From: Synechococcus sp.
GTDB taxonomy: Bacteria > Cyanobacteriota > Cyanobacteriia > PCC-6307 > Cyanobiaceae
Assembly: GCA_047285535.1 (NCBI GenBank)
Contig: JBJBDC010000001.1
Coordinates: forward strand, 1,408,136-1,472,135
DNA: 64,000 nt
Reading direction: 5' to 3'
Shown: in pieces, positions 42,904 through 54,747 of the stretch
How positions within the stretch are numbered: the stretch's first letter is position 1
Layout: every line of letters begins with the position of its first letter
Position numbers and translations under genes: made by a program
Notes under the pieces: generated by a model
Told to the model about the DNA's origin: nothing
Database searches by the model: none
What the model saw: the letters and a program-made list of their open reading frames with translations, nothing else

Positions 42904-44442
42904 TTAAGACTCTGGCGCAACTCCACGGGCAATACGAGAAAGTTCACTCCGCTCATCCATCGTTACCCGATGAGGAACACCGCTAATAATCCTCTCAAAA
43001 TTCGAGAATGAATCCTTGATTTGGGGTCCATTCCCCGTGATCAGGAATTCACGAATACCACGGTCATGCCAAGATCCACGCATTTTAAAGACATTGAGCG
43101 CTCGAGCCATTTCACCTCGTATTTCAACATATTGCAGCAACAAAATAGTATCAGTGATCGTCGATATATGCGAGTCAGTTATTGAATGACTTCCCATGAA
43201 TTCTTCGGAGGTATTTGTAAAAAAGCCTGCAATTTCCTCCTGCTTGGCATATCCAGTCGCCCCAATCACAAACTGCCTGAAAGCGTTATGGCTAACACCA
43301 CGAGCCAGAGCAGACAAGGAATCAATTGCCATCCGTGTTGGCTTGAATTGACTGATTTCAGTTTTAATAATCTGCAAATGATCTTCAAGACCAGTGGACT
43401 CCGGATAAGCGCAGATAATCTTCAACAAACCATCTTGCTCCATCTGCTCAAAGTCAATCCCCCAACTCGCCCCGTTACGTAGCAATTGAGCCCGTGATTC
43501 TTCATAAGCAAACAATATTGCACGCTCTTTGTTATTACATGCATCCTCAATAAATTTTGAGACCAACAAGGTCTTGCCTGTACCTGTCGCTCCAGTCGCG
43601 AGGATGATCGAATCCTTGAAATAGCCACCGCCACACATCTCATCAAGCCTAGGAACGCCAGAGCTCACGCGTACATTTGATGAGCGCTGAGTAAGCCTCA
43701 TTGCTCCAAGCGGAAAGATGCTTATCCCATGCGCACCCATCGTGAAAGGGAACTCTCCCTTCATATGAGTAGTGCCCCTCAACTTGAGAATCTCTACAGT
43801 GCGACGCCGACGTTCCCCCTCAAGAACATTGCGAAGTATCACCACATTGTCAGAAACAAACTCTTCAACTCCATAACGAGCGATAGGCCCATATTCATCG
43901 ATTCTCTCAGTGGTCATCACAGTAGTCACCCCAATCTCTTTAAGACGGGCAATTAAACGAAAGATCTCCCTTCTCACAACAAAAACAGCGTCGTACTGCT
44001 GAAATACAGCTGTAATTGAATCGATTGCCACCCTTTTGGCTTTGTATTTGCGAATAGCGTAATTAATTCTTTCAATCAGACCAGATAGATCAAAACTTCC
44101 AGCCACATCCTGACCATCTGGATCTGGAGAAGCATCAAGAATAAAGAGCTTGTCTTGCTCTACCATCTCTTGCAAATTCCAGCCAAAGCTTGCGGCATTA
44201 CGCAGGATATCGAGAGGTGACTCTTCAAAAGTCACAAAAATGCCTGGCTCTTCGTAATGAGCAATTCCGTTATGGAGAAAATGCAATGAGAAAACGGTTT
44301 TACCCGTTCCAGAGGTCCCGCTGATCAGAGTGCTGCGTCCAATCGGCAACCCGCCATGACACACATCATCAAATCCGTCGATCCCAGTCGGAAGTTTCTG
44401 GACCTGCATATGAGGGGAACCACTTGAGCTAGAAATCTGCAT
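42904..44442 (-). CDS. kaiC: Circadian clock kinase KaiC
   Basis: Two P-loops GTSGTGKT and GATGTGKT; HISTITD phosphosite motif. Confidence 0.98.
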   Translation of the reverse strand: MQISSSSGSPHMQVQKLPTGIDGFDDVCHGGLPIGRSTLISGTSGTGKTVFSLHFLHNGIAHYEEPGIFVTFEESPLDILRNAASFGWNLQEMVEQDKLFILDASPDPDGQDVAGSFDLSGLIERINYAIRKYKAKRVAIDSITAVFQQYDAVFVVRREIFRLIARLKEIGVTTVMTTERIDEYGPIARYGVEEFVSDNVVILRNVLEGERRRRTVEILKLRGTTHMKGEFPFTMGAHGISIFPLGAMRLTQRSSNVRVSSGVPRLDEMCGGGYFKDSIILATGATGTGKTLLVSKFIEDACNNKERAILFAYEESRAQLLRNGASWGIDFEQMEQDGLLKIICAYPESTGLEDHLQIIKTEISQFKPTRMAIDSLSALARGVSHNAFRQFVIGATGYAKQEEIAGFFTNTSEEFMGSHSITDSHISTITDTILLLQYVEIRGEMARALNVFKMRGSWHDRGIREFLITGNGPQIKDSFSNFERIISGVPHRVTMDERSELSRIARGVAPES

Positions 44443-44508
44443 GACAGCGACCTTGCCTACCAACGCTAATAAGAAAAACCAAGTACAAGCTCTAGATCAC
44501 ACCCAGAC

Positions 44509-44868
44509 TTAAGAATCTGACTCGACGATGTCCGAGTCTTCCAACGCATCCATCAGTGAAGAGCTAAGGCTATTATCAACAAGCTCATCATAAAGAAGAT
44601 CGAGGCCAATCAAAACGCGTTCTCGGTCGGAAAGATCTCCAATAATCCGACGAACGGGAGGCGGGAGAATTTTGGATAATGTCGGCGTTGCGAGAATTTT
44701 ATCTTCTTCCGCAAGCTGAGGATTTTTAAGGACATCAATAACTTTTAAGGCATAAACTCCCTTAAACTCAGTCTCAAGAATATTCCGAAGTGTCTTCAAT
44801 GCTCGCATTGAATTTGGCGTATTACCGGCAACATAAAGTTTGAGAATGTAGGTCTTACGTGGACTCAT
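44509..44868 (-). CDS. kaiB: Circadian clock protein KaiB
   Basis: [37 protein letters not shown]. Confidence 0.98.
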   Translation of the reverse strand: MSPRKTYILKLYVAGNTPNSMRALKTLRNILETEFKGVYALKVIDVLKNPQLAEEDKILATPTLSKILPPPVRRIIGDLSDRERVLIGLDLLYDELVDNSLSSSLMDALEDSDIVESDS

Positions 44869-45767
44869 GAGATCACCTCCGAATCCTGACGCAAAAGACG
44901 CTGAGATCCCGATGAAAACAAAGGAATATCTGCAGGGATGGACCGTCGATACATTTCGCAGAGGTGAGCCATGACATCCAGTAAGGCGAGGCGGTAATCC
45001 TGAAGAAAGTCGTCCTTGTGGCCCTCAAGTCTGAGTTGTTTCCAAAAGTCGTCAATCAGATTCATATGGATCTCAACGGTTTGGGTGATTGGCAAGTCGC
45101 CAAAAAAGGCTGTATTGACAAAACTCTCTAAGGCTTGGTTGGCTGCTGCAGGGTCGCGGAAATAACTAATCAAGAGATCTCGATAAGTTCGCTGAAGCGA
45201 CTGAATTAACTCCCCTTGTTCATTTGGAGAAAGATTAGCCAAAAACCGTGAGGGGTCTCGTTTGTAAAAAACCCCCAGATAACCAAGCCTCTCCTGCAAG
45301 CGGTTCGATAATTTCCAGGCACTTCCAGCGGGCTGCCCCCCTACTTGTTCCGAGTCAACAGACCCAACATCAGGATCAGGCCTGAAATCTTTTTGTCCGT
45401 GGCGTAGAAAGCGAGAAATTGCGGCATCAACGTTGTAGCCGAGCTGCTCCAGCTGATCACCTGGCAGGTGAACCTCCTCAGGGTGGTAATCCACATGCCC
45501 CATTAATTCACCCACAACAACAGCGGGGAAGAGCAAGCCACGCCCCAGTAAGGCCTCGCGCGTCTCGGCTTGAAGGAGAGATTGCTCTATGACCACGGCA
45601 TCAACAGCCTCGCGTTGTTGCGCCAAAGCTGTAACCAAATCAACTTCGGAGTCTTCCAGACCTAGATCCAATGGGGTATAGCGATTGCTAGGCAACCACT
45701 GGCAACAGGCCGATTCGAGCTCAGGCGACCTCAACAACAACGCAATCGTGAGTGCCGGCCTGGTCAT
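44865..45767 (-). CDS. kaiA: Circadian clock protein KaiA
   Basis: [38 protein letters not shown]; start at ATG 45767. Confidence 0.96.
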   Translation of the reverse strand: MTRPALTIALLLRSPELESACCQWLPSNRYTPLDLGLEDSEVDLVTALAQQREAVDAVVIEQSLLQAETREALLGRGLLFPAVVVGELMGHVDYHPEEVHLPGDQLEQLGYNVDAAISRFLRHGQKDFRPDPDVGSVDSEQVGGQPAGSAWKLSNRLQERLGYLGVFYKRDPSRFLANLSPNEQGELIQSLQRTYRDLLISYFRDPAAANQALESFVNTAFFGDLPITQTVEIHMNLIDDFWKQLRLEGHKDDFLQDYRLALLDVMAHLCEMYRRSIPADIPLFSSGSQRLLRQDSEVIS

Positions 45768-45902
45768 CCAAAACGAAAGGTGTTCTGTTAAATCTTGACG
45801 AAAGAGAGCTCGAAGGTCGAAGATCTTTGTTTGTCTTTCGATTGCGGCACAGGCCAAATCGGTAGTTTTCAAGCCACCGAGCCTTGTCGCGTCCAGCAGC
45901 CC

Positions 45903-46274
45903 ATGGCAGACACCAGCAGCACAAAAACGACTCCAGAATCAGGGGCATACGCCATTGTTGAAGCCTCTGGGCAGCAATTCTGGCTTCAGCCCAATCGTTA
46001 CTATGACCTCGACCGGCTGCATGCTGAAGTCGACGCCACCATCACTGTCGACAAAGTTCTTCTTGTCAAAAGCGGAGAGAAGGCCACCGTTGGGAAACCC
46101 TATGTCGAGGGGGCAAGTGTGGAGCTCAAAGTTATGGCCCATCGTCGAGGTCAAAAGGTCATCGTTTACAAGATGCGCCCCAAAAAGAAGACAAGACGTA
46201 AGAATGGGCATCGACAGGAGCTCACACGAGTGATGGTCGAATCCATCTCCGTAGGAGGAAAGCCCATCAGCTGA
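45903..46274 (+). CDS. rplU: 50S ribosomal protein L21
   Basis: YAIVEASGQQ, VGKPYV, KKKTRRKNGHRQ. Confidence 0.97.
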   Translation: MADTSSTKTTPESGAYAIVEASGQQFWLQPNRYYDLDRLHAEVDATITVDKVLLVKSGEKATVGKPYVEGASVELKVMAHRRGQKVIVYKMRPKKKTRRKNGHRQELTRVMVESISVGGKPIS

Positions 46275-46323
46275 ATGCTGAAATCAGCATTTTTAACGAC
46301 ATCATCTTTTCAACCAACTTCCC

Positions 46324-46593
46324 ATGGCACATAAGAAAGGCACAGGTTCAACGCGTAATGGACGTGACTCCAATGCCAAACGCTTAGGAGTGAAGGCCTA
46401 CGGTGGCGAGAGCGTCACAGCAGGATCCATTCTCATCCGCCAGCGTGGCACCTCCGTTCTTCCCGGCGTCAACGTTGGCCGCGGCAAAGACGACACCTTG
46501 TTTGCTCTCACCGACGGGATTGTCAAGTTTGAGTCCATCCGTCGCGGACTTCGCAATCGCAAGCGCATCAATATTGCTGAAGCTGCTCATTAA
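46324..46593 (+). CDS. rpmA: 50S ribosomal protein L27
   Basis: [24 protein letters not shown]. Confidence 0.98.
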   Translation: MAHKKGTGSTRNGRDSNAKRLGVKAYGGESVTAGSILIRQRGTSVLPGVNVGRGKDDTLFALTDGIVKFESIRRGLRNRKRINIAEAAH

Positions 46594-46644
46594 ATCCTCT
46601 CTTTATCTTTGATTTAGGGCGCACAATTCGATACTTCTACCTGT

Positions 46645-46681
46645 GAGACCAATGACCTGCAACAGGCTCATTGGTCTTTTT
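46645..46681 (+). terminator. Intrinsic terminator after rpmA
   Basis: GAGACCAATGA-CCTG-CAA-CAGG-C-TCATTGGTCTTTTT. Confidence 0.75.
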
Positions 46682-46779
46682 AATTTATGATCATTTATGA
46701 ATGATTAACCCGCACAAACAAACTCATTGATAGCTTTTCCAAAAGATCTAAACGACAACGAATACATCAATCAGTGACC

Positions 46780-47535
46780 TTAATTCAGGGGTCGATAAAC
46801 CCTCGTTGTGATCAAAAGCGGGTGAAAAACTTCAAGAAAATGCGATTGCAATGTTCGAAAAAAAGTCTCAATCAGAGCAGGATCGTCAAAATGAAAAGGA
46901 TACTCACCACTGTAACCTTTAAAAAAGTACCAGTTTAATAAGGCCCGGCCATCGGCATTCATCAATGCGTAGAACTGCATGAGTTGCGCGGAGGGGTCAG
47001 GAAGATGTTCCAATACATCAAGGCAAACGATGGTGTCGAAACGTTGGCTAGTGAGATCTTCAAGGTCACGATGAACCGACATTTTCTGATCCAGACCCAG
47101 GGCCATAGCCCTAGACCAAACAAAAGCCCTGTTTTGCGGATTCAGATCAACAAAGTGCACCCTATCGACAGATTCCAGCGCTGCTGCTGCCAATGCATGA
47201 GTGCCAATTCCTCCTCCAAAATCCAAAACAACGCCTCGTGCAAAGTCTTGCTGTAAGCGAAGGGTATCTGCGATGTAGTCAGAACTACTGAGATGCCATG
47301 CCGCCAACTCAAAGAGATGACCAGTTCCTACCGTGCTTTCATAAAAGTCCGTGGCCTGATCCGGCTGAAAAGCACCTGGATGCAACGCAGCTAAATCCTC
47401 TTTGCCAACGGGAAGGCGCTGATCAACCTGCTCCAACGTGAGCTGGAGGTACTGTGCCAAATGGGCACGAATAGAAAAACCGCTATCCAGAAAGTTCTCG
47501 AGATCCACGCGGGGAGATTTACTCAGACTCTGCAT
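46780..47535 (-). CDS. Class I SAM-dependent methyltransferase
   Basis: VLDFGGGIG, FDTIVCLDVLEHLPDP. Confidence 0.9.
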   Translation of the reverse strand: MQSLSKSPRVDLENFLDSGFSIRAHLAQYLQLTLEQVDQRLPVGKEDLAALHPGAFQPDQATDFYESTVGTGHLFELAAWHLSSSDYIADTLRLQQDFARGVVLDFGGGIGTHALAAAALESVDRVHFVDLNPQNRAFVWSRAMALGLDQKMSVHRDLEDLTSQRFDTIVCLDVLEHLPDPSAQLMQFYALMNADGRALLNWYFFKGYSGEYPFHFDDPALIETFFRTLQSHFLEVFHPLLITTRVYRPLN

Positions 47536-47609
47536 CTTCTGCCGGTGGGATATCTTCAATTTACGTGCAGGCACGATGCAACATTCAGAACAGCAACCCT
47601 TCCAACCTC

Positions 47610-48509
47610 TTGAATCCACCACTTGGCTTTGTGGTGATCGACAAGCCCTCAGGCCTCACTTCCCATGCCTGCGTCAGCCGCATGCGTCGAGTGCTTCAAA
47701 CCCGAAGAGTGGGTCACGGAGGCACGCTTGATCCTGCCGTCACCGGAGTCCTTCCGATTGCAGTCGGCCAAGCCACGCGATTACTTCCGTTCCTTCCAGG
47801 AGACAAGACATACCGCGGGGTCATTCAGCTTGGGGTCAGTACCAGTACCGATGACCTGGAGGGAACTGTCCTTGCAGTTCACGATTGGCCACGTCTGAGT
47901 CTGGAAGACATGAATCAAGCCCTGAATAGGTTTCGCGGCACAATCAAACAGTGTCCTCCTCAGGTTTCGGCAATTCACGTCAATGGCGAACGCGCCCATG
48001 CCAGGGCACGTCGAGGGGAACTGATGGATCTGCCAGCCCGCAGCGTGACCATTCACTCTCTTTCTCTTGAACATTGGGATTGCCGAGAAGGCAAGCTCGG
48101 CCTGGAGGTGCACTGCTCAGCAGGGACCTACATCCGTTCTCTGGCTAGAGATCTTGGCAAGGTCCTGGGATGCGGCGGCCACCTGAACTGGCTTAGACGT
48201 ACCCAAGCCCTTGGATTCGGCGAAGACATTGCCATAGCACTGCCTGAGCACCCAAATGACCAGCCCGCTTCAACGTTGATGCCCATCAGCCTCATCCCCC
48301 CCCAGCAAGCCCTGACTCACTTACCAAGCCGCCGGATTACCGAACAGGAACGTCAAGACTGGAGCTACGGCCGTAACATCATCCATCAAAGTTCAGACGC
48401 TAATGGGCCCACGGTCGTCCTCAGTTCTGAAGACATCATGCTGGGGGTCGGCATCGCCACCGACGACAACCAGCTAAGGCCGAAGATCGTGTTTGAAGCG
48501 TACGGCTAA
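47610..48509 (+). CDS. truB: tRNA pseudouridine(55) synthase
   Basis: [31 protein letters not shown]. Confidence 0.96.
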   Translation: MNPPLGFVVIDKPSGLTSHACVSRMRRVLQTRRVGHGGTLDPAVTGVLPIAVGQATRLLPFLPGDKTYRGVIQLGVSTSTDDLEGTVLAVHDWPRLSLEDMNQALNRFRGTIKQCPPQVSAIHVNGERAHARARRGELMDLPARSVTIHSLSLEHWDCREGKLGLEVHCSAGTYIRSLARDLGKVLGCGGHLNWLRRTQALGFGEDIAIALPEHPNDQPASTLMPISLIPPQQALTHLPSRRITEQERQDWSYGRNIIHQSSDANGPTVVLSSEDIMLGVGIATDDNQLRPKIVFEAYG

Positions 48510-48526
48510 TTCATACCCCTCTGCTT

Positions 48527-49312
48527 ATGGCCGGCCACAGCAAATGGTCACAAATCAAACGCACCAAGGCGGTAGTCGATGGAAAGCGCAGTGCACGTTT
48601 CACGAAGCTCGGGCGCGAAATCACTGTGGCCGCTCGCAATGGAGCAGAGCCAAGCGGTAATTTTCAACTTCGAACGGCGATTACAAAAGCACGGGCTGCT
48701 GGAATGCCTGCAGTCAACATTGAACGTGCCATCACGAAGGGATCTGGCACAGAAGAAGCTGGATCGAGATTGGAAATGATTCGATATGAAGGCTATGGCC
48801 CAGAAGGCATGGCCGTGCTTGTGGAAGCGCTAAGCGATAACCGAAACCGCACAGCCGCAGAGATCAGACTGGCCTTCAGCAAAAACGGAGGCAAACTTGG
48901 CGAGTCAGGATGCGTGCGTTATCTCTTTGTGCATCGCAGTGAAGTAAGACTGAACGGACACGGCGAAGAAGAAGCCCTTCTCGAAATCCTGCTCAACCTA
49001 GATGCTGAAGGCTACGTATTAGATAGGGATGGCACCACCGTCGTCCACGGTGGATTTGAAGCACTTGAACATCTACAACAAGGATTGCAAGACGGTGGCT
49101 GGGAGGTCATCAGCTGGGAACATTGCTGGCACCCACTTGCATTGATTGAGATCAAGAGCCAAGACAGTTCAAAGATCTGCCAACAATTGAAAGAAGCTTT
49201 GGAGTCCTTGGATGACGTTTGCAGCGTAAGCACCAACCTTGCGCCCAATGGAATGGATAATCACTTGCAGGGACTGAATGATAATAGTTCAAAAACAGGG
49301 ATTCAGAGCTGA
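48527..49312 (+). CDS. yebC: YebC/PmpR family protein
   Basis: [23 protein letters not shown]. Confidence 0.96.
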   Translation: MAGHSKWSQIKRTKAVVDGKRSARFTKLGREITVAARNGAEPSGNFQLRTAITKARAAGMPAVNIERAITKGSGTEEAGSRLEMIRYEGYGPEGMAVLVEALSDNRNRTAAEIRLAFSKNGGKLGESGCVRYLFVHRSEVRLNGHGEEEALLEILLNLDAEGYVLDRDGTTVVHGGFEALEHLQQGLQDGGWEVISWEHCWHPLALIEIKSQDSSKICQQLKEALESLDDVCSVSTNLAPNGMDNHLQGLNDNSSKTGIQS

Positions 49313-49330
49313 GGAATTGGCGTTAGACAG

Positions 49331-49504
49331 ATGATGCGCAAACCCTGGCAGCATGAACTAGAAGACACTCTGAATGCCTTCCGAAACAAAAACAGAGACG
49401 AACGAATTTCCATGCATGAACTTGTCCATATGCAAGAACAATTCAAAGAATATCTGATCAGCCATGAAAAAAAGAATCCCAGTGGTCATTCGAGTAATGA
49501 ATAG
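49331..49504 (+). CDS. Putative 57-aa hypothetical protein
   Basis: MMRKPWQHELEDTLNAFRNKNRDERISMHELVHMQEQFKEYLISHEKKNPSGHSSNE*; 18 bp after yebC. Confidence 0.5.
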   Translation: MMRKPWQHELEDTLNAFRNKNRDERISMHELVHMQEQFKEYLISHEKKNPSGHSSNE

Positions 49505-49803
49505 CCGAAACAACTATGGAGTCTTCGAAAAGAGTTTAGACCAATAAACATCAACAAATCCACAATTCTTCAGACCAAACCTATGTAAAACCCGAGCAGA
49601 ATGCTGATGTCCCGAGTTCAATAACGACTACCGAGGACATCCGTCTCTACCAATTGCTTTACATACTATTGCCAAAGCAGCTCTCCATTGATCAACAAAC
49701 TCGTCTTAACAATGGTCCAGGCGCCATCGCACGATCAAAATATACCCAGGCCTTATTGCATCAAATTAACTTTAGACCTAGATTGAAGCAGCTTGCTCTA
49801 TTC

Positions 49804-50295
49804 ATGATGTCTTCGCTTCGGATTTTTCCTGCTGTGTTGGCCACAAGCCTGGTGTTGGCAGCCTGCCAGTCGGCCGAGCAAAAAGCCATCAACAATGAAA
49901 AGAGCGTTGTTTCCGACTTAAATCTAGTTTGCGAAGCACAAGCCAATGTTGACACTGCACTTGTATCCGTCAGCGAATTAACTCCACAGTCAACAATCGC
50001 AGAGGCCGAGAAAGCAGGAAAGTCACTCGAAACAGCATTATTAGCGTTAGACAATGCAGAAGATAAGCTAAAAAAAGCAGAGGTTCGTGAATATCGAGAT
50101 CAAGTTGAGATCTTCCAAAAGCACGTTGACACGATTCGCAAGAATAAAGAGATGACTCTTGAGCAGGCTGCCAATGAGCTAAAAAGCAAAGTAGCACCAT
50201 TAATAGCAGCCAGCGAACAACTCTCAGCGGTCATCACTTGTGATGATAATGGAGTTCCTAGTGATGAGACGCCCGATTCCGAATCGCAATCCTGA
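49804..50295 (+). CDS. Putative lipoprotein with a helical/coiled-coil body
   Basis: Signal peptide with lipobox LAAC. Confidence 0.8.
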   Translation: MMSSLRIFPAVLATSLVLAACQSAEQKAINNEKSVVSDLNLVCEAQANVDTALVSVSELTPQSTIAEAEKAGKSLETALLALDNAEDKLKKAEVREYRDQVEIFQKHVDTIRKNKEMTLEQAANELKSKVAPLIAASEQLSAVITCDDNGVPSDETPDSESQS

Positions 50296-50374
50296 AGCGA
50301 TCAAAGAACATAGCTCATAGAAATTTGACCTTGCTTCTGCGAATAGCAGAAGCATTTATAAAGACTTTCTGCCA

Positions 50375-50578
50375 ATGATTAGTTTTCCAAAACGACTGTT
50401 AAATCTCCTCTTAAATTTTATCTTTGTGATGTGCTTAGGACTAAGCTTTTTTGTGACGGCATGTAGCAATAGCACCTCGGCAAATACCAATGACTCGGTT
50501 CAAGCCGCCGCCTCGGTAGAGCTAGGAGACCTTGATCAAGACGATAGCGAAGTGATGGATTCGATTGATATTTTATAA
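50375..50578 (+). CDS. Putative small acidic lipoprotein
   Basis: Signal peptide with lipobox VTAC; Asp-rich tail. Confidence 0.55.
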   Translation: MISFPKRLLNLLLNFIFVMCLGLSFFVTACSNSTSANTNDSVQAAASVELGDLDQDDSEVMDSIDIL

Positions 50579-50976
50579 AAAAATAGGACCAACCATGTTT
50601 CCCATTATCGGTGACTTTTCATTGAGAGCATTTGTCGACTAATCCATAATCAATAACTTACAATATAAAGATCCACCTCTCTAAATAACTCATTGAATAC
50701 TGGATTCGACTAACCCTTGAGATGTATCTTCTATAGAAACACACATCATGACTAGGTGCGACAAACAGAACTGTCAGTCCCCTATTGAGAAGTAGAGACG
50801 ACATTGTTTAAATGGGAAATACACGCTCGACCTGTGGACAACTCTCTAGATTCTCCTTTGACTCGCTACAACCATTTAGATCGTGCCAATCTGAAGATAG
50901 AATTAGAATTTTCCCGATATAAGCCGTCGATACTAGAAAAATATACTGAGCCAATTAGATCATCATAAAGCAAACT

Positions 50977-52431
50977 TCATTTAGCATCTGAACATGCAAT
51001 CACCTTAAGTTCCAGAAACTCTTTAATCCCATCGGCCCCACCTTCCCTACCAATACCAGATAACTTATAGCCACCAAATGGAGATCCTGGAGCTATAAAT
51101 GCACCATTAATATTGATCGTACCGCTGCACAACGATCGAGCAACGCGTTGCGCACGATCATGATCTGAAGTCTGTATGTATGCTGCCAATCCATAAGGAT
51201 TGTCATTCGCTATTTCAATCGCTTGTTTTTCCGAATCAAAAGGAATCATGCACAAAACGGGGCCAAATATCTCTTCTCTAGCAATTTTCATGGTATTCGT
51301 GACATCAGCAAAAATTGTCGGCCGTGCATAATAACCCACCTGAAATTCCTTTGGCTTGCCAAGACCTCCAGAAATGCAGCGTGCTCCTTCCTTAATGCCA
51401 CATGCAATAAAGGATTGAACCCGTTCAAATTGAATCTGACTCACCAATGGCCCTAGGTGATGCCCTGCATCAGCGGGATCACCAACAACGACTTGATCAC
51501 ACTTTGTACAGGCCAACTCAATAGACTCTTCATAAACAGAGTGCTCAATTAGCATTCGAGTGGCTGCATCGCAACTCTGTCCAGAGTTAATGAAACATGC
51601 GTCAATTCCTTGATCAATAGCACGTGGCAAATTGCAGTCTGCAAAGACAAGATTGGGAGACTTTCCTCCTAACTCAAGGGTCGTCCTAGCTATCCGTTCG
51701 GCAGAATTACCAATAATGCTACGACCCGCTCCCGTTGAACCGGTGAAGGAAATCATCGCAACATCTGAATGTCTTGAAAGTTCCAGACCTGCAACCTGAC
51801 CAAGTCCATGAACTAAATTGAAAACACCTTTTGGAACTCCCGCTTCATGCATCACTTCGGCAAAAAGAATTGCAGAAAGAGGCGTTAATTCTGAAGGTTT
51901 TAAAACCATAGTGCAACCAGCAGCAAGTGCTGGAGCAACCTTGAGGACAATCTGATTAATTGGCCAGTTCCAGGGTGTGATTAGGCCACAAACTCCTATC
52001 GGCTCCATGACAAGAGTGTCACCGTTATTGAGTTGTTTTTCAAATTCAAAAGCATTGACATCCTCAATGAGAGCAACCAAATGATCGATTCCAGACTGCG
52101 CTTGAGAATTCCTCGCAAAATCTTTTGGCGCTCCCATTTCTAACGAGATCAAAGCAGCAAATTCATCAACTCTTCGCTCATAGATTGAAAGAATGTTGTT
52201 CAACAGAGCTAAGCGATCTTTTTTAGGATAATATCGAAAAGACTCAAATGCTAAAGAGGCAGAAGCGACAGCATTGGTGACATCAAGTTCGTTGCCAAGT
52301 GCAAGACTTCCAAGGCTATCTTCAGTCGAAGGATTAATAATAGACAGCCTCTCATCACCTATAGCCTCTGTCCATTTACCATCAATATAAAACAACGATA
52401 GCTTTTCAAATACCTCAGAGGCTTTAAACAC
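50977..52431 (-). CDS. NAD(P)-dependent aldehyde dehydrogenase
   Basis: ITPWNWP, LKPSE, FTGSTGAG, LELGGKSP, NSGQSC, EEIFGP. Confidence 0.96.
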   Translation of the reverse strand: MFKASEVFEKLSLFYIDGKWTEAIGDERLSIINPSTEDSLGSLALGNELDVTNAVASASLAFESFRYYPKKDRLALLNNILSIYERRVDEFAALISLEMGAPKDFARNSQAQSGIDHLVALIEDVNAFEFEKQLNNGDTLVMEPIGVCGLITPWNWPINQIVLKVAPALAAGCTMVLKPSELTPLSAILFAEVMHEAGVPKGVFNLVHGLGQVAGLELSRHSDVAMISFTGSTGAGRSIIGNSAERIARTTLELGGKSPNLVFADCNLPRAIDQGIDACFINSGQSCDAATRMLIEHSVYEESIELACTKCDQVVVGDPADAGHHLGPLVSQIQFERVQSFIACGIKEGARCISGGLGKPKEFQVGYYARPTIFADVTNTMKIAREEIFGPVLCMIPFDSEKQAIEIANDNPYGLAAYIQTSDHDRAQRVARSLCSGTININGAFIAPGSPFGGYKLSGIGREGGADGIKEFLELKVIACSDAK

Positions 52432-52921
52432 GAGACAAATACATGGATATCAAATTCTAACCAATATTCCTTTCTTCGCCTCCTTAGAAGAAGCAGAAAC
52501 ACACACTCTCTTTGCGAAATACAAAAGCCAAAAGCATCCTCAACTCTTACACGAAGACGCAAAGGAAAAACCGGAATCACTGAAAACAGGCATTCATTAA
52601 AAAGAATATTCATTTAAATTAAGGAAGCAAAGGAATTCGCAGAGGCATAATATGAGCATCCAAAAAAAGAAAATATTGAATTCAAGTAGCATCTCAAATC
52701 AAAGCAACAGATTCCGATCAAATCATTCCTATACCTCCTACTATGCAAAAGCCCAATCAAGCACAAACACAGTGTGCAGATAGCAGCGATAAAGAAATGA
52801 CTTAGGAATGATCATCAACCATTGAGTCGTTGCCATTCAAAGGTCTCAAAATACCTCAACAAAATTCTGCTTGAGACTTGCAGTCTGTCCGAACCAAGCA
52901 TGCTTCCTTTGCCTTACCAGG

Positions 52922-53824
52922 CTAAGTCCGTTGAAGTTGATGGATAAGTAATGCCAAAAGAATCATGGAAGCACCGAGTATTGCCGAAACTCCAAGGGGT
53001 TCTCCTAGAAACAGATGGGCTCCGACTAAAGCTACGACTACTGTAAGAGAGCTCCATAAGCTGATCTGTGCTGCGCCCAGATACTGATAGCACTTCATCA
53101 AGGTCCATTGGCTGCCAAGGCTAATGCTGATTCCATAAAGACCGATAACACCCATAACCCACCAGAGCTGAAGAGACATGAAGTGGTCAGGTCCGTAAAC
53201 GATCAGCGCAAGGATGGCAAAGACAGCGGCTGATGCAGTACTACCAAGTCCAACGGTTAGGCCAACACCCATTCCTCGGCTAGTGCAGATGCGATTCAAC
53301 ACACCACCTATTGCAAAAGCTATTACGGCAACGCTTCCCCAAGCCAAACCTTGCCATTCCTGCTGCTGAATCAGCCTGGACATCACCCCACCAGTACTCA
53401 TAGAGCCCAACACCACACCAGCTGAGATCAGAGCCAAAGTGAAAGGAAACTGCTTGGGTAATCTTTCCTTGAGAAATGCTTTCGCTGTGAGTGTAGAAAG
53501 CGGAACAGTGAGGCTGAACAACAGGGTCTGCGTGACAACACTGAGATGTTCCAGAGCGAGATAAAAGCCCACAGGTCCAAGGAAATATCCCAAAAATCCT
53601 TGCCAACCAAGAAGCCAGCGCTCTGCCAGGGGCAATTGCGGCAGTTGGACTTTGACCATGGATCGATCCAGAAAAAGCATCACGACTCCAGTGATCAGGC
53701 TGGAGAAAAAAAACACATTGCAAAAACTGATGAGATCACCACCACCTCGTTGTAGCAGCTTCAACACATTGCCTTCCATGCCGCGTAGAAGAATGAAAAG
53801 CAAAAGTACAAAAACTGGTTTCAT
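52922..53824 (-). CDS. DMT/EamA-family transporter
   Basis: About 10 TM helices in two repeats, FLKERL and FLGEPL. Confidence 0.88.
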   Translation of the reverse strand: MKPVFVLLLFILLRGMEGNVLKLLQRGGGDLISFCNVFFFSSLITGVVMLFLDRSMVKVQLPQLPLAERWLLGWQGFLGYFLGPVGFYLALEHLSVVTQTLLFSLTVPLSTLTAKAFLKERLPKQFPFTLALISAGVVLGSMSTGGVMSRLIQQQEWQGLAWGSVAVIAFAIGGVLNRICTSRGMGVGLTVGLGSTASAAVFAILALIVYGPDHFMSLQLWWVMGVIGLYGISISLGSQWTLMKCYQYLGAAQISLWSSLTVVVALVGAHLFLGEPLGVSAILGASMILLALLIHQLQRT

Positions 53825-54549
53825 TAAAAACTCAGCAGAAGTCCAACGAGGTCAAGCGAGATAAAATTCAAAGCATTTTTCAATACTTGTGCACAGATCA
53901 GCTGCATCCAACGACTCCTTCCATAATGAATATCACACTATAATCGCACTTAATCATGGAAGATACGAAGAAGAAACACAATGTCGAAAATGAACATTGA
54001 GACAATGAGATTTATGGGCCAACCCAATTTGAAACACGCGAAAGAGCTTAATAAACCACAAAAGCAGAACAACTCAATTTGGGCAGGCAAGATCTAAAGA
54101 CCAAGCTCTTACTCAGGCAAAGAAATAGCAAAAGCAGGTAATAGCAGTCAATTTTTCAAAGCATATTCAATACCAACCACAAACCTACAACGCACCGAGC
54201 ATCCTTAGACAAAGCAATTAAAGCGCCTAGAAAAACTTACAAAGCGAAAAGTCAGGATCAACTTGGAAAACAGCGCCCAGTTGATGATCATTAATTTCGA
54301 AGATCGAAACCATAAATAAACCACAAATGCTTGATGCATTGCCACCACTAGCGTCAAGACAAAGAGATTACAAAAAACCCCACCAATGGCGGGGTGAGAA
54401 TGAGATCCAAGGAGCTATGATGAGACTTCAGATGACTATTTTTGACGTCGATGCTGATAATAAACTACTAACAACATGGAGCCAAAGTAAATGGCATCCC
54501 ATCTCAATCATCTCTACATTCAGGTGAGCACCATATTGAATGGAGGGAA

Positions 54550-54747
54550 TTACATATTGACCTTTTTCCAAGCCGCTACTTTCTCGGCGATGCAATTCTC
54601 GTCGGATTGATCTGCTTGGCTGTTGCCAGCAACAGCTTCGTTACATTGCTCAGTGATTTGACTCATGACTGAATCGGGCACCTCTCCAGCTGAAACAGCA
54701 AGGGGGGCAGCGATGGCAACAATGATGGCGGCAAATGCTGTTTTCAT
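54550..54747 (-). CDS. Small secreted protein with two Cys
   Basis: MKTAFAAIIVAIAAPLAVSA signal peptide; QCNE...NCIAEK. Confidence 0.75.
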   Translation of the reverse strand: MKTAFAAIIVAIAAPLAVSAGEVPDSVMSQITEQCNEAVAGNSQADQSDENCIAEKVAAWKKVNM

